A stretch of DNA of 64,000 nt from the human T2T-CHM13v2.0 reference genome, Homo sapiens, in the NCBI RefSeq assembly GCF_009914755.1, contig NC_060929.1; one strand, 5' to 3'. The notes beneath the pieces are model-generated. The model saw nothing but the letters and a program-made list of their open reading frames with translations, was not told the DNA's origin and did no database searches. This document shows positions 15,181 through 29,860 of this stretch, piece by piece (within the stretch, counting starts at the first letter, position 1; the number at the start of each line of letters is the position of its first letter). The position numbers and the translations under genes were made by a program.

Positions 15181-15517
15181 TACAAATAATAATAAATATT
15201 GACTTTGCCAGATATTAGAGGTAAACTATTACTCTAGATCTCTCAAATCATCTATTAAATTTCCATCAATAATTTAATAGATGTTTCCAAACAGGGTGCT
15301 GAGGTAATATCAAGGCCTGTCTATACTGTACATCAAGGTCTGTACAGTCACTGAAAATGTTATTTGAGAACTTACTGTATGCAAGACTCCTGGAAAAAAA
15401 GATCGAGCTCCAAAATCTTATTAAATGTCAATATAACATGTTCAGTTTATAGCTAGAAAATGTATAATGTGTACATTGGATGTGACCAACAGTGCTCAAC
15501 AAAAACTGACAGAAAGG

Positions 15518-17770
15518 TCCCACAGCTAATAACATATTCAATGGTGAAAGACTAAAAGCTTTACCTCTAATAACAGAAACAAGACATGATGCCCATTTAT
15601 GCCACTTCTACTTAACATAGTACTGAAAGTTATAACCAGAGAAATTAGAGGGGAAAAAAAGAAAGGAAAGACATCTAAATTAGAAAGGAAGAGACAAAAT
15701 TATCTCTGTTCACAGATGACATGATATTGTAAATAGAAGACCCTAAAGGTTCCACATACAAAAGAACTATTATAATAAATGACTTCAGCAAAGTTGTAGA
15801 ATAAAAAAAAAACATAAAAAATCAGGTGCATTTCTAAACACTTATAAGGAACAATCTGAAAAAGAAATTAAGAGAACTATTCAATTTACAGTAGCATCAA
15901 AAGGGGTAAAATTCTTAGGAATAAACTTAAAGGAGGCAAAAGACTTATACACTGAAAATTACAAAATATCACTGAAAGAAATTAAAGACACAAATAGATG
16001 GAAAGAAATCCCGTTTTAATGAATTGGAATACTTAATATTGTTAAAATGTCTATACTACTCATTGCAATATACAGGTTCAATACAATCCCTATCAAAATC
16101 TGAAGGGCATTTTTTGCAGAAAAAGAAAAACTCATCCTAAAACTCATATGGAATCTAAGGACCACAAATAGCCAAAACAATCTTGAAAAAGAAGAATCCA
16201 CTGGGAGTCCCACACTTCCTGATTCCAAAACTTATCACAAAGCTACAGTAATACAAAAAGCGTAGTGCTGGCAAAAAGACAGACATAGACCAAATGAAAC
16301 AATCTAGAAACAAATTCTTGCATAAAAAGTCAAATTATTTCCTACAAGGGTGCCGGCACTATTCAGTGGGGAAAGGGCAGCCTTTTCAACAAATGGTGCT
16401 GGGAAACTGGATATCTACATGCAAATGAATGAAGTTGGACCTTTACCTTGATCCATATGTTAAAAATTACCTAAAAATGAACGGAAGACCTAAAACATAT
16501 GAATTAAAACTATAAAACTCTTAGAAGGAAAGGTAGGATAAAAGCTTTACAACGTTGAATTTGGCAATATTTCTAAGTTTTGACACCAAAAGCACAGGCA
16601 ACAAAAGTAAAAATGTATGTTAAAATACATAAAAATTTTAATAATTTCTGTGCAGTATAGGACACAACAGAAAGACAAGGAAACCTATGGAATGGGATAA
16701 AATATTTGCAAATCATTATTTGATAAGGAGTTAATATCTGAAACATACACAAAGAACTCCTACAACTCAACAATGAAATAACCCAATTTTAAAATGAGTA
16801 ATGTATTAGAAGAGACATTTATCCAAAGATACGTAAATGGCCAAGAAAAGCACATGAAAACATGCTTAGCGACATGAATCATTAGGGAGATGCAAATCAA
16901 AACAAAGAAATATAACCTCACATCCATTAAGATGTCTACTATAAAAATAAATAAATAAACAAACAGAAAATAACAAGTGTCAGCAAGGATGTGGAGAAAT
17001 TAGAATCCTTGGGCACTGTTGGGTGAAATGTAAAATGGTGCGACCACTATGTAAAACAGTATGGCAGCTCCTAAAAATATTAAAAATAGAATTATATTAA
17101 GATCCAGTAATTTTACTTCTGGATATATACCCCAAAGAACTGAAAGAAGGGTCTCAAAGACATTTTTGTATACCTATGTTCATAGCGTTACTTATAATAG
17201 CCAAGAAGTGGAAGCAACCCAACTGTCTATCAATAGATGAATGGATAAACAAAAGGTGGTGTGTATATGTATATATATGTGTGTGTGTGTGTGCATGCAC
17301 ATGTACACACATACACAATGTAATATTACTCAGCCTATAGAAGGAGGAAAATTCTAACACATGCTACAACATAGATGAATCTTGAGGGCATTAAGCTAAA
17401 TGAAGTAAGCCAGTCATGAAAAGGCAATGCTGTGTGATTATAATGAATAATCTGAAAAAGAAATTAAGGTACCTAGAAGAGGTACCTAGAGGAATCAAAG
17501 TCAGAAAGGCAGAAAATAGGTACCTAGAGGAGTCAAAGTCACAAAGACACAAAGTAGAATGGTGGTTTTCAGGAGCTGGAGGAAAAGCAGTGTATTGTTG
17601 TTTAATGGGTATAAAGTTCAGTTTTGCAAGATAACGAGAGTTTTGGAGACTGGTTACACAACACTGTGAATGTACTCACCGTCACTAAACTGAATACTTA
17701 AAAATGGGTAAGATGGTAAATTTTATGTTATATATATTTTACCACAATTATTTTTTTATTTAAGAGATAA
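15518..17770 (+). mobile_element. 5'-truncated L1MB-like element (decayed ORF2 RT through 3' UTR) with TSD
   Basis: cccacagctaataacatattcaatggtgaaagact (ORF2), ttcacagatgacatgat (FADD-like RT motif), 3' UTR ending ttttaccacaatt; flanked by aaaaactgaYagaaagg. Confidence 0.9.
17260..17322. repeat. (TG)n/(TA)n/(CA)n compound microsatellite inside L1
   Basis: gtgtatatgtatatatatgtgtgtgtgtgtgtgcatgcacatgtacacacatacac. Confidence 0.85.
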
Positions 17771-18458
17771 AAAAACTGATAGAAAGGCACAAACTTGCCA
17801 CGTACCGCCATCAAATTCAGTCAAGGAAGAAAAGAGTGATCAACCAAGAAGTATTATCTTTGTATTCAAAACTTTACCAAGTAAGTAGAATGCATGAATT
17901 CTTATCTCAAGGAGGAAACAATTCTAAGGGCACAAAAATATAGTATCTGTGAAATATTCAGCTAGGTAAGTTGGGCAAAAATTTGATCTTAAGAATAAAT
18001 GGAAAACTTGAAAAATAAGTGGGATTTATTTTAGCAAGAGAAAAAGGGATACTTTTTCAGGAAAAAGTATAAACAAAGGTAGAAACTGTGAAAAATAAGA
18101 AGAAAGGGAAAAAGAAATATTAACATAGCAGGTCCCACCTCACCATCTATAATAGAGCTTAAATCAGTTCTTAAGCAGGAAAGCAATGTTATTGAAAAAC
18201 AGTAAATACCCTATTTGTCTGGAATTGGATCATAGGTACACCTAGAAGTCGTGGCATCTGACAAGCCTAAGGAGATGCTATTGCAGTTCAGAAAAACATA
18301 AAAGCGTTAGGATTAGAGTCAGAAGTAGAAACAGAAAAGCAAGGAATCAACCTAAGGAAACAAGACAGTAATAATGACAGGTGAAATACAGGGGATAGAA
18401 GTGAACAAGACATAAGCAATAGCTAACATTTTCTAGCCTACAAAACCAAAAGACTCTA

Positions 18459-18600
18459 CTCATTCAAAAATTACTTTTGAGCAACTACCATGTGCCCAAC
18501 ACTCTTCTAGACAGAGGACATAGAAAGGAACAAGGAAGATAATCTCCCCATTTCCACTGAGTTTACACTTTAAGGGTGGAACATGATAAACAAACAATAA
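18459..18600 (-). mobile_element. L2 3' fragment
   Basis: cattcaaaaattacttttgagcaactaccatgtgcccaacactcttctag, the L2 3' end in reverse. Confidence 0.65.
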
Positions 18601-18629
18601 CAGAGAAAAACAACTGATACTATCAGAAG

Positions 18630-19710
<1,081 letters not shown>

Positions 19711-19779
19711 TACTCACCTAGGAATTGTTGTCAACAATCTTTGATCCAGAAGTAAATCCAGACTTAGACTAAGGTTGAC

Positions 19780-19945
19780 ATAAGAGAAAGCTAAGCCAAA
19801 AGTCAAAAAGAACTAGCTCCCTAAATGTACTGTGGAGACAATGAATTAACTCAACCCTAAAGCCTGAACTACACCCCAGCACATTTCAGTTATAAGCCAG
19901 TAACCTTCTTATTGTTTAAGCAAACTGACTTGAGTTTTCTGCAAT
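19780..19945 (+). mobile_element. MLT1-type (ERVL-MaLR) LTR 3' fragment
   Basis: ttcagttataagccagtaaccttcttattgtttaagcaaactgacttgagttttctg resembles MLT1 3' end. Confidence 0.5.
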
Positions 19946-20389
19946 AAGAAAATTACAGATTATATGATGTAGTTCATATTTAATGATTTCAATATTTGCC
20001 ATTTAATAGTAAGATGATTTAACTGCAAAGAATGAAGATTCATGGCAAAGAAAATGATAGACACCAAGGCAAAAAAAATGAATGGACTGGAACACCCACT
20101 GTGGATATGTTACTAGGAGTAAAAAATATAAAAGATGTAACAAGTGTAGGCAGAGTTTTGAAAACAACAAGCAAACACTAAGATTAAATATGACTCTTCC
20201 AGAAATTCCCAAGATGAAAGGCTAACTGAACCTCAAATACATAAAGCAACCATTGGTTACTTTTTCCCCTTGCTAAGCTCTCAGTAAGAACAGCATTCAC
20301 TACCAACAAAGCTCTGGCAATAATTCCAGGTTTCCTTTGGTCATGAAGAAGAGAGAAGAAAAACGGCAGTTGGGAAGTTAACAAGAGGG

Positions 20390-20625
20390 AGGCTAACATT
20401 TGTGAACAACTATTTCCCAAGATGCTTTGTTGGACAGTTCACATACACAGAGTTCATTTAATCTTCTCAACAAAATAGATTATATCGTCTCCAATCTATA
20501 CATTTAAAAAATCAAGATCCAAGGAGCTTAAATGCTTAAGAAGGAACCTGCAATTTGTAAAATGGTTAATATTGGTGTTGGAATCTATATCTGTCTGACA
20601 CAAAAACTATCTTCCCACAAACCAC
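20390..20625 (-). mobile_element. MIR SINE
   Basis: gctaacatttgtgaac...tcatttaatcttctcaac...tctgtctgacacaaaa. Confidence 0.6.
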
Positions 20626-21429
20626 TTGATGAGGATAAACACCAAGAAGTTTGTCACTGTGTGTCCCTTTGTCTGGCCTGGCCTTAAGGAAAGCATTAGT
20701 TACTTCCCAAAAGAAAAATATGCTCACTAATGATATGACCAAGTATATAGTATTGAACATTATTTAAAGTATCTTAAGCCTGTTTATTCTTATCTCTGAC
20801 TCCAGGTATTAAACTATTTGGTGGTCTCAGAGAATGACAGCAGGAGACATGGGCATTATTTAAAAAAAATAAACAAAAACACTAGGAATGGAGATGAAGA
20901 GAAGTATGTAGAAAGACGTGCCTCTTGGTTTCATCAAAATTATCAACAAGATAACATAAAAAGGGCAGGAGAATATGAAAATATATTCTTCTGATAGAAA
21001 ACCATCAAAATTTATGGCTATTGTTTGTGATGGGAAAAAATGAAAAGAGCCATAGTACCCATCAATAATGAAGTCTTGTAGAAGAGAAAATGCAATATAA
21101 TTTTTGAAAATAGGGACAGATACACGCATGTTGGTATGTGTATTAAAAGTTTTCTGAAAATAATCACCAGAGGAATTAGCAGGAGGCTTTCAGTTTTTAT
21201 TTTCTACTTTTCTATACTATTAGAATTTTATAATATGCACTTTTTTTTATGAGAACAAGGATTATTTGGGCCTCTTTCTTATATATCTCAATATATTGTA
21301 AAATCAACCCAAGTATATACTTTTAAATTATGAATAGCTTTCAATATTTATCAAGAGTTTTGACAGGTAACTGACTGAAGAGATACTCTAACTAATCATT
21401 TAACATGTGACTAACACTTTTACATATAC

Positions 21430-21590
21430 CTGACTTAATCCTAAAGTAATAATGTTATTCTTATGCCATAAATGAGAAAACCACCTCAGAGTCACTTGCT
21501 AAGGGTCACTCAACTAAGAGACAGAGGTAATTATCTATCCTTTGATCTTCCCAATTCAAGCTCCAAGGTGCTTTTCATTATACCACAATT
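21430..21590 (-). mobile_element. MIR SINE fragment
   Basis: aaatgagaaaaccacctcagagtcacttgctaagggtcac...cttttcattataccac. Confidence 0.55.
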
Positions 21591-23220
21591 GCCTATGCAA
21601 ACAAGAAGGTATTTTAAAGTTAAAATATACTTATGTAAGAACTTCTGTTTATATTTAGGTATATCTTGTCTCTTTCCAAAAAGAAATTGAGGCAGCTCTT
21701 TCTGGAAATAAACCCTACAGGAGAAACACAAGTAGAAATAAAAATTAAGGAAAAAGGAAAAAGAAGCATTTTCCAAAAAGTTATTCTATAATAAAGATGG
21801 AAGTCCTGAATACTTTGCCTTAGATGGACTACCATTTGTTTCTTGGTTTCTTAGATGTCAAAGCAAAGAGGAAAAGGACAACTATACTTCTTTAATAAAA
21901 TTCACAGCATTATCTTAATAAAAGAAAACAACTGCTTAAAGTCTAGCTTTCCCTAGTATTAAGACCAGGGGGAATACTTAACTGCAGGTTCTCGTAAGGG
22001 AGGACTCATAGGATACAGTGGACAATGTCCTTAACAATAAATAAACATCAACTCAATAGAATAATGCCAAAACTCAATTCACTTTATTTAATTCTTCAAG
22101 TACTGGTACCTATGCATTACCCAAGTACTACCATAGCTCAATGAAATAAGTCTTTAACAGCAAAATACCTTTATAAAAAATTATCAGAACAAGTCATTGT
22201 AATGAGTACACCACATTATATACTATAAAATAGCTTCTTTAACTTTAATCTTCAAAATATTTCACTTGAAGATGAAATAACTTAGAAGTTATCATTAGTA
22301 AAATAAGTATTACATAAGTGACATCCCTTTCAAATTCTTACTCTTAAAACACAGTATACAATATATGAGAGGTTAACAGTCCAGGCTCGGGAACAGTGGC
22401 TTTGATACCAGGTGTTACTGTCTTCCCCAGCAAGCACTTAGATAGGTAAATACAACATAATAGGAAATTACTCCTATTAGTTAAAAGTTACTATAAAATC
22501 AGTAGACCAGCATGGCCTATGGAAAAGGGTCTGGAATCATACTGCTTCATATGTGGTTAGTATTCAATAAATACTTAATGCATGAGAGAACAATAGGCTA
22601 TGGGGTTACAAAAAAATAACTGAACCATATAGCTAATAACCATGAAGTAGCCAAAGACTACTTTATGGATCCAGAATCATACTACCTGTAACAACAGAAT
22701 CATGTATGCCCTAGCTTTCAATATAGTTTTCTAGGGTATAAAATAATGTCACACCACTATCAAATCTGTTTCTTCTCCCAAATACCATAAAGAAATGACT
22801 GCTATGAACCACGTGATAACTTTTTTCCATTAAATTATTCAAATGACTGATCTACATCGAGAAAAGCCAATCAGCTATACCATTTTATCTTTAAAAAATT
22901 ATTTGATATTGTTTTAAAAAGTATGCAAGGGATTACTGTTTAGGTCCTTCATATGTTTAAAACAACACTGAATAAACTTCAATGCAATTAATTATGTGAA
23001 ACTTCTCAAACTACAACCCAAAACCTTCTAGGCCAACTGTTTTATTAATAATTCATAAGCAATCTCACCAAGATATATTTTAAAGAACACACACAAATCA
23101 ACAAATATAGATTTCCTAGAACACTTCGTAAAGCAAAGAAGTATAGTCGCAATATAAAGTACCAAGGGAACAAAAAAAACTCCCCTTCTAATAAACTCAC
23201 ACTATCACCTTATATTGTTT

Positions 23221-23330
23221 TATACATACACACATACACATCATCATCACAGGTACACACACATCATCACACGTGCACACACATCATCACACATGCACAC
23301 ACATCATTGCACGTGCACACACATACATAT
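23221..23330. repeat. 20-bp minisatellite (acatcatcacacgtgcacac) x ~4 in CA-rich tract
   Basis: Direct reading of tandem units 23238-23323. Confidence 0.9.
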
Positions 23331-23367
23331 GCCCACATGAGCTTTCCACTTAGATGACAATCTCCTA

Positions 23368-23604
<237 letters not shown>

Positions 23605-25010
23605 CTATATCCTACAACCTTATAAATACAATTGATCATAACTTGTTCAAAAGGAAAAAATCTATTGTTGTCAATGTTAAAAAGTGCTAATTTGATCTCC
23701 AACAAAATTTTATCAATTAGTTCACTCAATATCAAGAAATCATTAACCATTCTAAGTACCGACTATTCTTAGTTACAACCAACCACATTTCCAAAGGACT
23801 GCATTAGTATGAAGGCAGATATGAGCACACATTTTTTATTTTACACAGACTTCATGTTAAAAATGGAAACTGGAGAAAACTCCATCTGTAGTGAAAGCAA
23901 ATATTCTGTTTGGTTTGATTTCACCAAAACTGTGTACGAGATAAATACTAAGCTACTGACCAATTAACTAAGCTGTTACAGAAAAAGAAAGACTAATGTT
24001 TCTTACAAATTGGTAGTTTTGAAATCCAAGTCTTAAAATCAACATGAATATTTAATGTGGTTTTTCCATTTTTCTCCTTTAAAGCTGTTATTAAATCAAT
24101 AGCACTTCTAGCAATCAAAGAAATTTAGTGCAATCATTTTATCCTTATGAAAAATTACAATGGCTGAACTTATTAATGACACTACACATTGATAAGTAAA
24201 ACATAAAAGTCATTTGGTAAGCAAAAAATTCACTTATTTCCATTCCAAACTGGGAAATGGCTAGACATTCCTGACCAACTACACCCGTCACCTAACAGAG
24301 TAACTCTTCTAACCCGTATATCAAGTCACAGGAATTGCTAAAATTGCAACAAATCAAAACTGAAAAAAAAGACCTCGTTATCCATATTTATGAATATAAC
24401 TTATAAATGAAAAATGCAAATTCAAGGGACCAACATATAGATACCACATATTCAATCTAAAGATCTGAAATAATTTGATGTGAAAATATAGTAGAGAATA
24501 TCTTAAAAGTTAGAATCGAATAGTATCAACCAGTTCATCAAAATGACCTCCTTAGAAACTTATTTGATTAAAAACTAGTAAAAACTAAATAATGTACTGA
24601 TCAGACATATATACAAATGTAACAAAATGGAAAGAATGATAAACATAAAATTCAGGATAGCAGTTACCTTTGAAGGGGAGTCAAGATGAGAGAAGGGAGG
24701 AATGCATAGGTAGATGAAAGTTATTGATAATATTCTAATTAATAGTATGGATGGAGCGTTCCTGAGTAAATGTTCAAAAGCTTTTTGATAAATTAACTTT
24801 TATAATGAAATAAGATTATGCCTGGACCAATTACCACAGTATATCATGAACCAACGATTGTAACTAGTAAAATTCTATGTTGCCAAGGTCCGTTTTGAAA
24901 AAAATAATTTATATTTACTTACAGAAATTCACTTTTTATAAATGCTTCCTCCTAACATTAATATTAAAACATCAACAACTCCAATCTTTTTAAACAAATA
25001 TTCAGATTAA

Positions 25011-25439
<429 letters not shown>

Positions 25440-25687
25440 AGGGCAAACATGTTAACAATGAAAAGCAAAAGCAAAAGCAAAAAAAAAAAAAAAAAAAAAA
25501 AAGAGTCTATAGTTAAAGATTATGAAATGAATCTGTATTAAGATCTTGTAATTTTCAAAAAGCTTCAAAAATAGATATAAAATCTTATATAAGAAGTTCT
25601 AAGTCAAACTACCTTAAAATGAAAGCCGAAGCAAAACATACAATAATTTATAAGCAAATTTTGCTTAAGTCAAACCAGAAATACCAG

Positions 25688-25712
25688 TATATATATATAT
25701 ATATATATATAC
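25688..25712. repeat. (TA)n microsatellite
   Basis: Uninterrupted TA run. Confidence 0.95.
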
Positions 25713-28700
25713 ATATTCAACATATTATTCTGAAATTTCCCAAGCATAAAATATATTTATAGCTAACAGTAGTCTATAAGACAAATATTAATGTGAAGAC
25801 AATGCAACATAATATATATTGTTTTATATTTACATTTCCAAATATATAAAGGAAGAAGATGTAAGGTTACCTGAGAGTATCAAAACCAAACATGAGACTT
25901 CATGCAAAGATGGACAGACAAATTACTACGTTAAAAAATCACTTTTAAAATGCTAAAGTGCTAAGATTCTTTATTCCTCTGACTACAAAACAAGTAATTT
26001 CAAAAAAACTCTTACATCCAGAGTTTTGAGGACAAAATGACTGTTAACTATTTATGAACCTGAATAAAATGTGGCAGTATTTAAAATATCAAAGGTTGAG
26101 ACACTGAAATCTAGTAGTGGTCAAATCTTTGCTCTTAATGTAAAGAAAAACAATATAACTGAAATTTTTAGAAACTGTCAATTCTCAATTTATCAACACA
26201 GGAAGCTAACAAAAGACAAAAATATCATCCTTCTGGACTTCAGTCACATACTCTAAAGATGAAAGGGCAGGGAAAAAGAACCATACATACAAAAACCCCA
26301 ATGAGATTGTCTCTTTAAATTTTCTTTCAATTGACTTGATTAGAAAGGGTTATCTTAAAAGAAAACATAGTAATAAGTATTTATGTGCAAAGAGTTAATT
26401 CAAATTTATTCAAAATTACTTAGTGAGGTAACTTCCCAAATTTTACCATGAGGAGACCTGCTACGTGCCAAGCTCAGTACTATGCACTTTATATCCATCA
26501 TTATATTTTACAAATGATCTAATTGAAGTTACAATTAGAAGCTTGAGAAATGTAGAGTTTGATGACTTGTAAAGCCTGACCTACAGTGCTATTGGAAATT
26601 GCTTATTAGTAGCATTTCCAAATATATAGTGATAACAAAGTCAGAATGAGTACATTTTAATATTTTATTCAACAGAATTTCTAGGTAATTAAGGTTAAAA
26701 AATAAATAAACACCTAAATTGCCCAAGAACTAGGAAATGAAAATCTCTGTGCTCCAGTTAAGCTTCCACTCTGACTTCTAATTCACTGTACATCAAAGAA
26801 AATCAACTTGCCCTGACACATAAGGACTATTCCCTTCAGTGATCAGGCAGGTGTTGAGGCCAGAAAGAGAGCCTATTTTCCACAGCCCTTTACCTTGTTT
26901 GATCACTGGTTACTTTTGATCTGACACTGCCCTCTGTCTAGTAATGACTTCCCCCTCATAGACCCTACCTCACATCTGTCAGAAAGAATAAAGGGCATCA
27001 AACTGAGACCTGACAACGCCTATGGGCCATGCGATGTGCTGCCAACAGAATGTTCCCCAGCTCCCACAATTTTCAATTCAGTTTCTTTTGTTCTGGTAGG
27101 TAGAGGGTTAGGGTACCAATGACAGCAGAAAGGATTATGACCAACTGTGAAACCAAGCCTTCTTGAATGTGTATCTTTTATTTTCGCTTCTTCATCTTCT
27201 TAAATGCTGCAAACTTCATGGTGGTTACTATAAAATACATATTCAACAAGTGCAATAGAAAGTTTGTTTAAAATCCTTTTCCAGGAGAAAACAAAGGACA
27301 CAATACATTGTAATTCAACTATAAAGCTTTAAGGAAAAAATTTCAAACCCATGGTGTGAGATTAGTAAAGGCCCGCTGTCAAAGAGCACGTTAATAGTAA
27401 ATGAAACCACCGAAGTCTTACGCGGACCACGACTTAGTGGGTACTGCCATTCACTGTCTGAAAATGGAAAAGTCCCCTAAAACAACGTACATATTTACAA
27501 GAAGTAATCATTTCAATTGTTAAATTACAAATTCTACACTATTGGTGTGAGAATAAGGTAAAATCAAAAATAAATTCCACTAGTCTTGTTTAAATAATGT
27601 GGTGAATATATACAACCTTTTTCTTAAGGCATTGATAGTACTAGTTTTTAGATGTTAGAAATTAGAAAAATCAGATCAAATATTTTGGTATCATTTTACT
27701 CATAATTTTTCAACTATCATTAAAACATTTTGAGTTCTTGAATATAAATATTTTCACTCTCCCACTCCCCCACCCCCCCCCAACACACAACAATATATGG
27801 CTCATTATCAGGCATGCAATAAGGAGATTTGCCAAAAAGCAGGCTTAGAGGATAGTATGACTTTTAAGGTTAAGACAGTATCTTTAAAAAAAAAAAATAC
27901 GTTTTTTTTTTAAATTTTGAAAAGTAGGACCAGAAGAGGAAACTGCATGATTATAAGTTACAAGCAAATTTAATGTAAATATAGCATTATAATGCATACA
28001 AACAAATAACCTTAGACATGTACTAATATAGAAGCTCAGAGATGGAGGGTAAGCACTAAGGTGATTACAAGTTGACTCCAATAACTGGAAGTTCATTTCT
28101 ACAACAGCTGAGAAAGGTATGCCTTAACAGAAAGGGGGAAGGTACCCATGTCTAAAGAATTAACCTGTGACACTAGGTAAATGCACACACTAGACTGAAA
28201 ATGATTTACCACTATTGAAGATCAGATGTGAAATTCCTCCTATTATTATACTGATCAGCAATTAGCATAATTATATTCTTAAAAAAACCCTGTTTTTGAC
28301 TGTAATCTAAAAACATGATAACATAAAGTATATTAGAAAAATGTGATTGTTTTAAATATATTTTAATGTATGAAAAAAGATTATTCTTATATACTTGGAC
28401 TAACTTTATAGCAGAAAGCCATATGGGTATACTAGAAAAAGATATTACTTCTAGAGGGGAAAAAAAAACACAATTTAATCCAAGGATAAACAATAGTTTG
28501 GCAGAACCAACACTTGTCCAATTTTTTCCCCTCTCAAATTGTCCAAATGTCACTTAATCCTCCAAGAAAATGAAAAAACAAACTGCATTACTGTAACAAA
28601 ATATCTATCCTTATTCTTGGACATTCTTTTCCCATTTTTGATTCTACAAAATTGTTAGAACATATTAAAGAAAAAAATATACGGGAAGAATTTATGAAAC

Positions 28701-29468
28701 TAGAAACTAAAAACTAAAAATTTTATATAGAGTATTTTTTAAAAAACACTTGCCAGTGTAACCTCTGCGTGGTATATTACTCTCAAAGCATGCAATGCCG
28801 GTGTTCTGAACTAAATTTAATGCCAGATCTGCCTGATGCATTTTATTGGTACCAAGAAGCAAATATTTATCAAATATTATATTTAATATCTACCTCTAAT
28901 TGCAACAATAAAGTCAAGCTCTTCTGAACAAACTCAACCACAGAAGCAACTAGTTAACTTTCATCTTTTCAAGAATCAAGTAGTTAAAGTATGACAAAAG
29001 AAAAGAGACTACACTTCTTAGCAGTCCTGAGAGATTGCCTGAAACAGAAGGATGAAATACTGAAACAAACCAAATATCTTCAATGAGATGTACAACCATG
29101 TGAATGAAAATATATAACAGGTAATCTGTAATAAAATATATAAGTAATTTGTAATAAAATAATAAAAATAACTCAGTAAATAAAAATGTTTAAAGACATT
29201 AAGTTTCAAAATCCACTTTTAAGAAATCATTTTCTAAAATCTACCTAATTCTTAAAAAGAACACACTTATTTGGGACTTTACTTCTTCAAACTATCATTG
29301 CCATTCTTCTTGTATGAATGTTAATGAAAAATCACTTGATATTGCTATAGAATAAAGTATATTTCACCAATTCAGTAAATAAAAATTGAATTTTACGTCC
29401 TAAAAGCTATACTTTTATGTACATATTAAAGTATAAATGGTTATGTTTAAAGTTACTGACTTGTCTCA

Positions 29469-29860
<392 letters not shown>

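Noticed and set aside
23238-23323. CRISPR-like repeat array
   Set aside because: Head-to-tail minisatellite without unique spacers, in eukaryotic DNA
25650-25668. Small palindrome taagcaaattttgctta
   Set aside because: 8-bp AT-rich arms are expected by chance
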